Below are positions 26,303 through 37,447 of a stretch of DNA of 64,000 nt, piece after piece. Under the pieces are notes generated by a model. It had not been told where the DNA came from, did no database searches, and saw only the letters and a list, made by a program, of their open reading frames with translations. The DNA comes from an uncultured Bacilli bacterium (GTDB taxonomy: Bacteria > Bacillota_I > Bacilli_A > RF39 > UBA660), in NCBI GenBank assembly GCA_947623825.1, contig CANQHQ010000002.1, positions 10,124 through 74,123 of the forward strand, read 5' to 3'. Position 1 is the stretch's first letter, and each line of letters begins with the position of its first letter. The position numbers and the translations under genes were made by a program.

Positions 26303-27868
26303 TTGTTAGAGAGTTTCAATAAGATATATCATGTTGGTCTTTATATCAGATTATCTCGTGAAGATGATGATAAGGTATTGATGAGTGAAAGTATTATAAA
26401 TCAGAAAAGTTTATTACTTCAATATGTAAAAGAGAATCATTTGAGAGTTTACGATATTTATATTGATGATGGTTATTCTGGGACTAATTTTGATAGACCA
26501 GACTTTCATAGATTACTGAAAGATATTGAACTTGGAAAAGTAAATATGGTTATTACCAAGGATATGTCAAGACTTGGAAGGGATTATATTGGAACTGGTA
26601 ATTTTGTAGAAAAATATTTTCCAGAACACAATGTTAGATATATTGCTGTTACAGATAATATAGATACTTTTTTAGATAATTCAAATAATGATATTGCACC
26701 ATTTAAAGCTATAATGAATGACATGTATGCTAAAGATATTTCTAAAAAAATAAAGTCTAGTTTAAAAGCAAAAATGAAAGAAGGAAAATGGGTAGGTGGA
26801 AGATGTCCATTTGGATATAATCAAGATAAAAATGACAAAAATCACTTAGTAATAAATAAAGAACAAGCTGATATTGTAAAAAAAATATTTAATATGTGTT
26901 TAGAAGGTTTATCATTTTATAAAATAGCAAAACGGTTAACGGATGAAAAAATAAAGACTCCTGCAGAGTATTATAGTTTCGAATGGAAAAGTCATTATAA
27001 TTTAAAGTATGGAGAGTGGCATTCTAAGACAATTAGAGATATTTTAACGAACAGAATGTATATAGGTGATCTAGTACAAAACAAAAGAAGCAAGGTAAAT
27101 TATAAAGTTAAAAAGATTGTTAGGAATAATTCTAATGATTATATTGTTGTAGAAAATACCCATGAAGCAATTATTGATAAAGAAACATTTTATGAAGTTC
27201 AAAAAAGAATACCAAAAAATAAGGGAAGAAATGAAAAAAAAGAAAATCATTTACTAGATGGACTTTTGTATTGCGCAGATTGTGGACATCGGATATCAAT
27301 TACATCTAGAAGAAAAAAAGATAATAAATGTTATACTATTTGTAATTACTATCGAACTTATATGAGGCAAAGACTTTGCACAACTCATTCAAATAATTAT
27401 GATGAGTTAGAGAAAATAATTATTCATTCCTTGACTAAAATGTGTTTGAATTATATTAGCAAAGATAAAATTAAAAATGATGTTTTATCTAATTTAGATA
27501 AAATGAGTAAAGTTAATGATAAAAAAGAACTACAGACACTTAATAATGATATTAAACAAATTAACCATAATTTAGATGATATTTATATTGATAAGTTAAA
27601 TAAAAAAATTACTGAAGAACAATTTGAAAGAGTTAAATTAAAACTAGAAACTGAACTTTCTATAAAACAAAAAAAGTATCATGAATTAAATGATAATAGG
27701 AATGATACAATAAATGAAAAATCTAAAAATAAAATGATAACAGAATATATTAATGAATTTTTATCAATGAAAGAACCTCATAGAGAACTTATAATTAATC
27801 TAGTTGATAAAATAGAAATATTTGAAGATAAGAATATAAATATTCATGTTACTTTTAATAAAATCTAA
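26303..27868 (+). CDS. Large serine recombinase with a resolvase/invertase-type catalytic N-domain, a recombinase domain and a zinc ribbon. TTG start.
   Basis: YIRLSREDDD catalytic-serine motif, a DGYSGTNFDRP box, then a CxxC...C cluster (CADCGHRI). 521 aa. RBS GGAGG. Confidence 0.8.
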   Translation: MLESFNKIYHVGLYIRLSREDDDKVLMSESIINQKSLLLQYVKENHLRVYDIYIDDGYSGTNFDRPDFHRLLKDIELGKVNMVITKDMSRLGRDYIGTGNFVEKYFPEHNVRYIAVTDNIDTFLDNSNNDIAPFKAIMNDMYAKDISKKIKSSLKAKMKEGKWVGGRCPFGYNQDKNDKNHLVINKEQADIVKKIFNMCLEGLSFYKIAKRLTDEKIKTPAEYYSFEWKSHYNLKYGEWHSKTIRDILTNRMYIGDLVQNKRSKVNYKVKKIVRNNSNDYIVVENTHEAIIDKETFYEVQKRIPKNKGRNEKKENHLLDGLLYCADCGHRISITSRRKKDNKCYTICNYYRTYMRQRLCTTHSNNYDELEKIIIHSLTKMCLNYISKDKIKNDVLSNLDKMSKVNDKKELQTLNNDIKQINHNLDDIYIDKLNKKITEEQFERVKLKLETELSIKQKKYHELNDNRNDTINEKSKNKMITEYINEFLSMKEPHRELIINLVDKIEIFEDKNINIHVTFNKI

Positions 27869-28129
27869 CAAAAAAGGGCAGTCACATGTTTGTCCAATTC
27901 GTACACGTGTTATTAATCATCATGTATACCGTCATACATATCGTCCATCGTATTCTTGTTGTGAAGAGAATGTATGTAGTCAAATTCAATGTGGTTCTTG
28001 TTGTAATTTTAGATAAAAGTCGCAAGACTTTTTTCTTTTGCAGTTCTTTGTCAACTTTTGTCTAATTTCTGTAAATTACTTGTAATCTTGAAAGAATGAT
28101 TTTATTATTAAAATAGGGAAGGTGATACA

Positions 28130-28330
28130 GTGATTTATCCATCGATTGACAAAATTTTAAACATTATTGATTCTAAGTATGAGTTGGTTCATATCATCAG
28201 TAAACGTAGTAAACAAATGGCAGCGACGGGGCATTATCAAATGCCAGAGTATAAGTATGTTTCGAAAAAAAATCTAGGTAGAGCATTGGAAGAAGTGGCA
28301 GAAAATTTAATTCTTGTGAAGAAGGACTAA
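28130..28330 (+). CDS. rpoZ: DNA-directed RNA polymerase omega subunit, with a GTG start.
   Basis: 66 aa. MIYPSIDKILNIIDSKYELVHIISKRSKQM matches the RpoZ consensus (M.YPSID.LL...DSKY.LV...KRA.Q.). RBS AGGGAAGG. Confidence 0.7.
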   Translation: MIYPSIDKILNIIDSKYELVHIISKRSKQMAATGHYQMPEYKYVSKKNLGRALEEVAENLILVKKD

Positions 28331-28473
28331 GTGTCCTTTTTTCTTTGAATACAAAATGTTGAATTATAAGATTAAGTTTATTCTTTTTCATTATAATAGA
28401 TGGTCATAGGAAATAATTTTTTTCTGAATTGATAGACGAACAAATGTATTATGTTGTATAATAAAGATGATAG

Positions 28474-29226
28474 GTGGTTTGTATGAAAATAGTAAGATAT
28501 CAAAAAAAGAAAGATGGAAAATATCTTCTTCAACTAGAAAATGGAGTGGAAGTAGAGACGTACGAGGATTTAATTTTAAAATATGATTTGTTGATAAAGA
28601 AAGGAATTTCTTCTCAAGAGTTGACTAAAATTCAAGAAGAAAATCAGGAATATGAACTTTATTTTGTGGCTCTTCATTATTTAAAAGTGAAACCACGAAG
28701 TGTACGGGATACTGTTTCGTATCTTCAGAAAAAAGGTTCTTCTTTATTGGCGGATTCTGTCATTAAACGTCTTAAGAAACAAGGGTATCTCGATGATTAT
28801 CGCTATGCGTCTTCTTTGGTACATGAAAAAATTTTGACTACTTCTGAGGGACCTCTTAAAATTTTAGAGCATCTTCAATCTTTGGAAATTCAGGAAGAAG
28901 AGAAGGAAAAACTTCTGAAAGAATTTACTCCTTCTTTAGAGAAAGAACGCATCGAAAAAATCGTTTTAAAATTGGTTCGTTCTAATCATTCTAAAAGTAA
29001 CTATCTGTTACGGCAAAAAATTCGTCAGTATTTGATTCAACAGGGGTATCATGCAGAACAGATTGATGAAAAACTTTCTTTGGTCACGCAAGATGAGACG
29101 TCTATTTATCAAAAAGAGTATCAAAAACTTTATCGAAAATTATGTCGTAAGTATGAAGGAAAAGAGTTGGAGTATCAAATAAAGCAAAAATTATATCAGA
29201 AGGGGTTTCGGGGGGGATTGGAATGA
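28474..29226 (+). CDS. recX: Probable RecX-family regulatory protein.
   Basis: 250 aa, basic and helical repeat-rich. N-terminus KIVRYQKKKDGKYLLQLENGVEVETYEDLILKY resembles RecX. It follows rpoZ. Confidence 0.5.
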   Translation: MVCMKIVRYQKKKDGKYLLQLENGVEVETYEDLILKYDLLIKKGISSQELTKIQEENQEYELYFVALHYLKVKPRSVRDTVSYLQKKGSSLLADSVIKRLKKQGYLDDYRYASSLVHEKILTTSEGPLKILEHLQSLEIQEEEKEKLLKEFTPSLEKERIEKIVLKLVRSNHSKSNYLLRQKIRQYLIQQGYHAEQIDEKLSLVTQDETSIYQKEYQKLYRKLCRKYEGKELEYQIKQKLYQKGFRGGLE

Positions 29227-29525
29227 TTGATCAGGAATTTTTAAGAGTAAAGATGAGACAGAGAGGCATTCCTTCTATCAAAGCACTGGCAGACTGTACG
29301 GGAATTCCTTATACTACTTTAATTTATAATCTAGATAGTCAAAGTGTCCGTATTCAGATTGTTTCTGAATTGGCTCAGTTCTTTGGTGTGTCGTTAGAAA
29401 TGATGATTCAGAAGGAAAAGAGAACTTACATTTGTCTTTTGGAATGTGGAAAAAAAACGCAACGGTACTATCGTTATGACGGCGGAGATGTTCTCTCTTA
29501 TATGGGGTATTTGTTATTGGTGTAA
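29223..29525 (+). CDS. Small HTH-type DNA-binding protein (XRE-like), translationally coupled to the upstream gene.
   Basis: ATG overlaps the upstream stop (ATGA). IKALADCTGIPYTTLIYNL has helix-turn-helix character. Confidence 0.45.
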   Translation: MIDQEFLRVKMRQRGIPSIKALADCTGIPYTTLIYNLDSQSVRIQIVSELAQFFGVSLEMMIQKEKRTYICLLECGKKTQRYYRYDGGDVLSYMGYLLLV

Positions 29526-29591
29526 AAAAATGTTATTTGCTTGGTCTCTTTCCTGGATTATAGTATAATGAAAATAGAGGAGCGTATAAAA

Positions 29592-31688
29592 ATGAAGTAT
29601 CTAGACAACTTAAACGATAGACAGAAAGAGGCTGTGCTTACGACGGAAGGACCTCTTCTTATTTTGGCAGGAGCAGGTAGTGGGAAAACAAGAGTTTTAA
29701 CTACTAGAATTGCTTATTTGATTGAGGAAAAAGGAGTCAGTCCCTTTCAGATTTTAGCGATTACATTTACGAATAAAGCAGCCAAAGAAATGCAATCTCG
29801 GTTGATGCAGATGATTGGTGAAGAAGCGCAAGTCATCCAAGTTTCTACTTTCCATTCCTTTGGATTGAAATTGTTGCGCGAAAATTATCAAATCTTGGGA
29901 TATGAAAGAAATTTCGTGATTATGGATAGTGATGATTCTCTTACGGTTATTAAGAGAATTTTAAAGAGTATGGATTTGGATCCGAAGGAGTATAATCCTA
30001 CCGCGATTAAGAATAAAATTAGTGGTTGTAAGAACGAATTGATGACTCCTGGGATGTATGAGCGGTATGCGACTACGGAATTTGAGAAGGTCGTGTTACG
30101 AGTTTTTTCTGCCTATGAACAGAAATTAAAGGAAAACAATTCGGTGGATTTTGATGATTTATTGCTTTTACCGATTCGTTTATTCCAAGATTTTCCAGTT
30201 GTTTTGGATAAATATCAAGAACGATTTCAGTACATTTTAGTGGATGAGTATCAAGATACGAATGAGGCTCAGTATATTATGACTAAGATGTTGAGTTCCA
30301 AGTATCGGAATCTTTGTGTAGTGGGGGATGAAAATCAAAGTATTTATTCGTTCCGGGGAGCCAATTATCGAAACATTTTAAATTTTGAAAAAGATTATAA
30401 AGAAGCTGTCACGATTAAGTTGGAACAGAATTATCGTTCGACACAAACTATTTTGAATGCCGCGAATCAGGTTATTCGAAACAATCAAAGTCGAAAAGAT
30501 AAAAATCTATGGAGTAACCAAGGAGAAGGGGAAAAAATTACCTATTATCGAGCGTACGATGAAAAGGAAGAGGCTAAGTTTGTAACTTCAACGGTTCAAG
30601 AACTCATTACGACAGGAGTAGAACCGGAAGAGATAGCCGTTCTCTATCGGACTAATGCTCAATCCCGTACGTTAGAAGATTCGTTCTTAAAAGAAAATAT
30701 TCCTTATCGTGTCGTGGGAAGTTTCTACTTTTATGGACGAAAAGAAATTAAAGATTTGATTGCTTACTTACGATTGATTCATAATGAAAAAGATAATATT
30801 TCCTTATTACGTGTTATTAATTCACCAAAGAGAGGAATTGGGGCTAAATCGATTCAAAATTTATCGACCCTAGCAGATATTGAAGGAATGAGTATTTATG
30901 AAGTGATTCAATCTGGGAAAGAACTCGAATTTAAAAATATGATTGAAGATTTAAAAAAGGTAGCTGAAAATATCACTCTAACTGAATTGGTTGATAAAGT
31001 GTTAGATACGACAGGGCTTCGTAGGGAGTTAGAAGCAGAGAAGACGTTGGAGTCGGATATTCGTTTGGAAAACCTTGAGGAGTTTAAATCCATTACCAAA
31101 GCCTTTGAAGAGAGAGAAGGATTGATTTCTTTAGAGGATTTCTTGTTTGAAGTTAGTTTGGTCAGTGACCGAGAAGAGTACAAAGATGGAAGTCACAAAG
31201 TAAGTTTGATGACTGTTCATTCTGTCAAAGGATTGGAGTTTCGCCATGTTTTTGTCGTAGGGTTGGAAGAAGGAATTTTTCCTCATATGAACAGTTTGAT
31301 GGATAATCAAGAACTGGAGGAAGAAAGAAGACTTGCTTATGTTGCCATTACCCGAGCAAAAGAAAAACTTTATTTCGTGAATGCGAGAAAGCGAATGCTT
31401 TTTGGAAAGGATCAGGTCAATCCACCGAGTCGTTTCATTAATGAAATAGAAGATGATCTACTAGAAAAAACACGCGTGGAAAATAAAGAAATTGTCGTTC
31501 CAAAAGAAAAAGAAGAAAAGTTTTATTCGGAAGATGTGGATTGGAACGTTGGGGATTATGCTTACCATGAAGTGTTTGGCGCGGGACGTGTTGTGGAGGT
31601 GTCTAATACCCTTGTTAGTATTGCCTTTAAAATGCCGTATGGAATTAAGAAATTAATGAAAAATCATAAAAGTTTAAAAAAAGTGTAG
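29592..31688 (+). CDS. pcrA: ATP-dependent DNA helicase PcrA (UvrD family).
   Basis: LLILAGAGSGKTRVLTTRIAYL Walker A, VDEYQDTN, QNYRST and the other UvrD motifs. Start taken at MKYLDNLNDRQKEAV with RBS GAGGAG. The ORF-track N-extension is rejected. Confidence 0.9.
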   Translation: MKYLDNLNDRQKEAVLTTEGPLLILAGAGSGKTRVLTTRIAYLIEEKGVSPFQILAITFTNKAAKEMQSRLMQMIGEEAQVIQVSTFHSFGLKLLRENYQILGYERNFVIMDSDDSLTVIKRILKSMDLDPKEYNPTAIKNKISGCKNELMTPGMYERYATTEFEKVVLRVFSAYEQKLKENNSVDFDDLLLLPIRLFQDFPVVLDKYQERFQYILVDEYQDTNEAQYIMTKMLSSKYRNLCVVGDENQSIYSFRGANYRNILNFEKDYKEAVTIKLEQNYRSTQTILNAANQVIRNNQSRKDKNLWSNQGEGEKITYYRAYDEKEEAKFVTSTVQELITTGVEPEEIAVLYRTNAQSRTLEDSFLKENIPYRVVGSFYFYGRKEIKDLIAYLRLIHNEKDNISLLRVINSPKRGIGAKSIQNLSTLADIEGMSIYEVIQSGKELEFKNMIEDLKKVAENITLTELVDKVLDTTGLRRELEAEKTLESDIRLENLEEFKSITKAFEEREGLISLEDFLFEVSLVSDREEYKDGSHKVSLMTVHSVKGLEFRHVFVVGLEEGIFPHMNSLMDNQELEEERRLAYVAITRAKEKLYFVNARKRMLFGKDQVNPPSRFINEIEDDLLEKTRVENKEIVVPKEKEEKFYSEDVDWNVGDYAYHEVFGAGRVVEVSNTLVSIAFKMPYGIKKLMKNHKSLKKV

Positions 31689-31700
31689 TAGGAGTAGGTT

Positions 31701-32129
31701 ATGATTAAATTTGAAGAAGCAGTGCAATCTTTGTCCGGTGAAAATGTAGTAGTTGTGTATTACAACAAAGAAAACGATAGGTATCAGAGTGGTTTGATTC
31801 GGTACGATGGGATGATTCCTCGTGATGTAATCGAAGTCGAATTAGGAAAGAGTATGGAATTGTTTCCAGATATTTGTGCGCAAGTTAAGGAAGGAAATTA
31901 TTTTCAAGTTTCCTATTCTTCTCATTTGGCTGTTTATCAAGTAGCCATTATGGAAGTAGTGAAGAAAGCCGATTATGGTTCTACGGATGACTATGAGGTT
32001 GTCGGTAATTTAATGATAGAGGATTCGAATTGTTCCAGTGCTTTGGTGGAACTAGAGTGCCGAACTAAACAATATGATTCCCAACAGGTAAAACCCATAC
32101 AAAAACGATTATCTTGGGTCTTAGCGTGA
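31701..32129 (+). CDS. Hypothetical protein of 142 aa.
   Basis: RBS GGAGTAGG then ATG. No recognisable motif. Confidence 0.5.
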   Translation: MIKFEEAVQSLSGENVVVVYYNKENDRYQSGLIRYDGMIPRDVIEVELGKSMELFPDICAQVKEGNYFQVSYSSHLAVYQVAIMEVVKKADYGSTDDYEVVGNLMIEDSNCSSALVELECRTKQYDSQQVKPIQKRLSWVLA

Positions 32130-32197
32130 AAAAGGTTTTCTTTTTTCAAGTAGGATAGTATACTATAAATAAACAACGGAATAATAAAGGAGAATTT

Positions 32198-33118
32198 ATG
32201 AAACAAGAGTTAACCTTATTGATTTTAGCGGCCGGGATGGGAAGTCGATTTGGTGGTTTAAAACAAATTGAGCCCTTTGGTCCACACGGTGAATTTTTAA
32301 CGGATTTTTCTATTTATGATGCCATTCAAGCCGGATTTACAAAAGTGGTATTTATGATTAAAGAGGAACATCTTCAAGACTTTCAAGATACCATTGGGAA
32401 AAGAATCGAAAACTTTATTCCTGTGGAATATGCCTTTCAAAAAATGGAAGATATTCCTGTCGATATTGCCATTCCTTCTTCAAGAAAAAAGCCTTGGGGA
32501 ACAGCGCATGCGATTTATTGTGCGAGAAACCATATTCAGGGAAATTTTGTCATGATTAATGCCGATGATTTCTATGGACGAGATGCCTTTATGCAGATTG
32601 CTTCCTTCATGAGAAATGCCAAGGCTTCTAACGGGGTACAACCTTATGGTATGGTAGGGTATTTGGTTGAAAATACGCTTACTGATTATGGAACGGTCAA
32701 AAGAGGAGTTTGCGAAGTACAAGATGGATACTTACATTCGATGATTGAAAGTAGTATTGAAAGAAAAGATGGAGAGATTGTTGCGTCTCCTTTAGATGGA
32801 CGCCCTTCTTTTGTTATCCAAAAAGAAGATTATGTGTCTATGAATTTGTCAGGTTTTACGGATACGATTTTTCATTACATTGAAGAAGATATGACTTCTT
32901 TTTTCGAAAAGAATCGTGATTCTCTTGATACTTGTGAGTTTTTGATACCAGATGTGTTGCAGAAAGCAATCAACGAAAAGAAGGCAACCGTTCGTGTATT
33001 AAGGACGACAGCTAAGTGGATTGGCGTAACCTATAAAGAGGATTCTGAGAATGTGATTCATTCTCTTCAAAAAATGATTCAGGAAGGAGTATATCCAGAG
33101 AATTTATGGGAAAAATAA
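32198..33118 (+). CDS. Sugar-phosphate nucleotidyltransferase-family protein.
   Basis: N-terminal LLILAAGMGSRFGGLKQ is a nucleotidyltransferase G-loop. RBS AAAGGAG. Confidence 0.6.
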   Translation: MKQELTLLILAAGMGSRFGGLKQIEPFGPHGEFLTDFSIYDAIQAGFTKVVFMIKEEHLQDFQDTIGKRIENFIPVEYAFQKMEDIPVDIAIPSSRKKPWGTAHAIYCARNHIQGNFVMINADDFYGRDAFMQIASFMRNAKASNGVQPYGMVGYLVENTLTDYGTVKRGVCEVQDGYLHSMIESSIERKDGEIVASPLDGRPSFVIQKEDYVSMNLSGFTDTIFHYIEEDMTSFFEKNRDSLDTCEFLIPDVLQKAINEKKATVRVLRTTAKWIGVTYKEDSENVIHSLQKMIQEGVYPENLWEK

Positions 33119-33528
33119 AATATTGTATTTTAGGAATTGTTGTATTAAGTCTTACCGTAGGTTGTAGTTTATTTACAAAGACTTGGGTTTATCGGGAACT
33201 ACCGAATGATTACGTGATTCAAAAAGTGAGTGACACTAAAATGATTGTCGGAAAAGATGATGGGAAAAAGACTATCATTACTTCTGGTGAGAAAACGATT
33301 GGCTTTGAATCGTATGTTTCCGAATTTCAAAAAGGAGAGCGGTTTGTTGGATTGAAATGTGCTGCTTCGGGAGATAGTGGACTTGCTTTTCAATTTTATA
33401 TTTTGGATACTAAGTACGAGTATGTTCATGGTCCTTATGATTATGAGTCTACTTATGAGACTGTAAAAAATAGTATTGTTGACGAAGACTTAGGAGAGTG
33501 GATTCCAACTTCTTCCATTGAGTCTTAG
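33106..33528 (+). CDS. Putative lipoprotein.
   Basis: Signal peptide with lipobox LTVGC. 140 aa. Confidence 0.5.
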   Translation: MGKIKYCILGIVVLSLTVGCSLFTKTWVYRELPNDYVIQKVSDTKMIVGKDDGKKTIITSGEKTIGFESYVSEFQKGERFVGLKCAASGDSGLAFQFYILDTKYEYVHGPYDYESTYETVKNSIVDEDLGEWIPTSSIES

Positions 33529-33548
33529 TTGACTTTCTTTTTTTGTAA

Positions 33549-35555
<2,007 letters not shown>

Positions 35556-35697
35556 GAGAGACTTTCTCTCTTTTTGTTTGGATTCCTTTTTCTCCATAAG
35601 AAAAGAGATTCTATAAAAAGAAATTCCAAATAAGAGAAGTCGTGGTATAATTATAAATAGTTATTTGTGGGTGTTTCCATGGAAGGGAGAATAGAGA

Positions 35698-35994
35698 ATG
35701 GAAGATAAATTAGATATTTCTGTCGTAGAACATGTTATGGATCTTGCCAGAATTGAACTTACAGATGAAGAAAAAGAACAGTTTGCCTACGATTTAAAGA
35801 AATTATTTGATGATGTAGATAAAATTACGACGATTAAAAACTATGATGAAGAGAGAATGACATCTCCAGTATCTCATAATGCGGAAGTGCGAGATGATGT
35901 ATGTAAGGAAGAAATCTCGTTTGAAGAAGTAAAGAAGAATGCACCTAGAACGAGTGCAAATTTTGTGGAAGTGCCGGTGGTTATTCATGAGTAA
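35698..35994 (+). CDS. gatC: Glutamyl-tRNA(Gln)/aspartyl-tRNA(Asn) amidotransferase subunit C.
   Basis: 98 aa. ISVVEHVMDLARIELTDEEKEQF is typical of GatC. It precedes gatA and gatB. Confidence 0.85.
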   Translation: MEDKLDISVVEHVMDLARIELTDEEKEQFAYDLKKLFDDVDKITTIKNYDEERMTSPVSHNAEVRDDVCKEEISFEEVKKNAPRTSANFVEVPVVIHE

Positions 35995-37447
35995 ATATTT
36001 AGATCAAAGTATTTTGGAACTTCACGAACAATTAAAAAAGAAAGAAATTCGACCGATCGACTTGGTGGAAGAAGCTTTTGAAAGAATCGAAGCCAATTCC
36101 GATTTGAATTGTTTTATTACTTTGAATAAAGAAGAGGCTATTCGTCAGGCTAAAGCTTTGGAAGAGAAAGAAGTGGATCAACCTCTTTTTGGAATTCCGA
36201 TTGCGATTAAAGACAATATTTCAACGAAAGGGCTTCGGACTACTTGTGCTTCTAAGATGCTTGAGAACTATGTTCCTATTTTCGATGCGACCGTAATAGA
36301 AAAAATCAAAGAAAAGAATATGATTATCATAGGAAAAACCAATATGGATGAATTTGCGATGGGTTCTACGAGTCGGACGAGTTATTTTGGGGCACCAAAA
36401 AATCCTTGGAATCGTTCTCGGATTACGGGTGGTTCTTCTGGAGGAAGTGCTGCGTGTGTTTCTGCGCGATTGGTTCCACTTGCGTTAGGAAGTGATACGG
36501 GTGGTTCCATCCGTCAACCGGCTGGTTATACAGGAATTGTGGGAATGAAGCCGACTTATGGGAGAATTTCTCGTCATGGGTTAGTTGCGTTTGCCTCTAG
36601 TTTGGATCAAATTGGAACTTTTTCTAGAGACACGTATGAGAATGCACTTTTACTTAATATTCTCGTTGGAAAAGATGAGCGAGATTTAACGAGTGCCGAT
36701 CGAGTAGAAGAAGATTTTACGAGGGAAGTTGGAAAAGATATTCAGGGAATGAAGATTGGTATTCCTAACTATTTTGTGAGTGATATTGTGGCGCCTGAGA
36801 TTCGGGAAAAATTTGATGAAGTAGTAGAAATGTTGAAACAACAGGGTGCAACCATCGACTATATCGATATCGATTATATTGAGAACGCTGTTACTTTGTA
36901 TCAGATTATTGCGATGGGAGAGGCCAGCAGTAATTTGGCGCGATTTGATGGGGTTCGATATGGATATTCTTACCCTCATCCAGAATCCATTGAAGATTTG
37001 TATCGTAAAACAAGAAAAGAAGGATTTGGGAAAGAAGTCAAACGTCGAATTATGGTTGGTTCTTATTTACTTAGTGGAGATAATGCGAAAATCTATTGTG
37101 ATAAGGCTTTTCAAATTCGGGATGATATCTTGAAGAGTTTCAAAAAGGCTTTTGAAACGTACGATTTGATTATCGGTCCAACGACGACGACGGTGGCTTA
37201 TTCTCTTGAAGAAAATTTGGACGACCCATTAAAATCTTTTATGGATGATGTGTTGGTTATTCCTGTCAATATGGCAGGACTTCCAGGAATGAATGTTCCG
37301 ATTGGATTTAATTCGGATCATATGCCAATTGGAATGCATATTATTGGAAATCTTTTTGATGAAGCGAAAATGTATCGATTATCTAGTTTTATTGAGAAGC
37401 AATTACAGCTTTCTCTCGTACCGGAAGAAGGTGGAAACAATGAGTGA
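35987..37447 (+). CDS. gatA: Glutamyl-tRNA(Gln) amidotransferase subunit A (amidase).
   Basis: Amidase signature GGSSGGSAA and GSDTGGSIRQPA. Start at MSKYLDQ overlaps the gatC stop. Confidence 0.9.
   Translation: MSKYLDQSILELHEQLKKKEIRPIDLVEEAFERIEANSDLNCFITLNKEEAIRQAKALEEKEVDQPLFGIPIAIKDNISTKGLRTTCASKMLENYVPIFDATVIEKIKEKNMIIIGKTNMDEFAMGSTSRTSYFGAPKNPWNRSRITGGSSGGSAACVSARLVPLALGSDTGGSIRQPAGYTGIVGMKPTYGRISRHGLVAFASSLDQIGTFSRDTYENALLLNILVGKDERDLTSADRVEEDFTREVGKDIQGMKIGIPNYFVSDIVAPEIREKFDEVVEMLKQQGATIDYIDIDYIENAVTLYQIIAMGEASSNLARFDGVRYGYSYPHPESIEDLYRKTRKEGFGKEVKRRIMVGSYLLSGDNAKIYCDKAFQIRDDILKSFKKAFETYDLIIGPTTTTVAYSLEENLDDPLKSFMDDVLVIPVNMAGLPGMNVPIGFNSDHMPIGMHIIGNLFDEAKMYRLSSFIEKQLQLSLVPEEGGNNE

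Larger units (their letters stand above)
24710..28110 (+). mobile_element. Candidate integrated islet carrying a Fic gene and a large serine recombinase gene. Very AT-rich. The boundaries are approximate.
   Basis: GC drops sharply relative to both flanks. A recombinase gene is present. It sits between ffh and rpoZ, where housekeeping synteny is interrupted. Confidence 0.4.

Noticed and set aside
26115-26309. 64-aa ORF just upstream of the recombinase, a possible excisionase.
   Set aside because: It has no RBS, no HTH-like sequence, and runs into the recombinase RBS. It is probably spurious.
29541-29591. N-terminal extensions proposed by the ORF track for pcrA. The same applies to ligA (33552), gatA (35939), gatB (37293), ltaS (42382), the LCP gene (up to 47161) and ffh (23055).
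   Set aside because: The conserved protein N-termini and well-placed RBSs indicate downstream start codons. The extensions overlap upstream genes or promoters.
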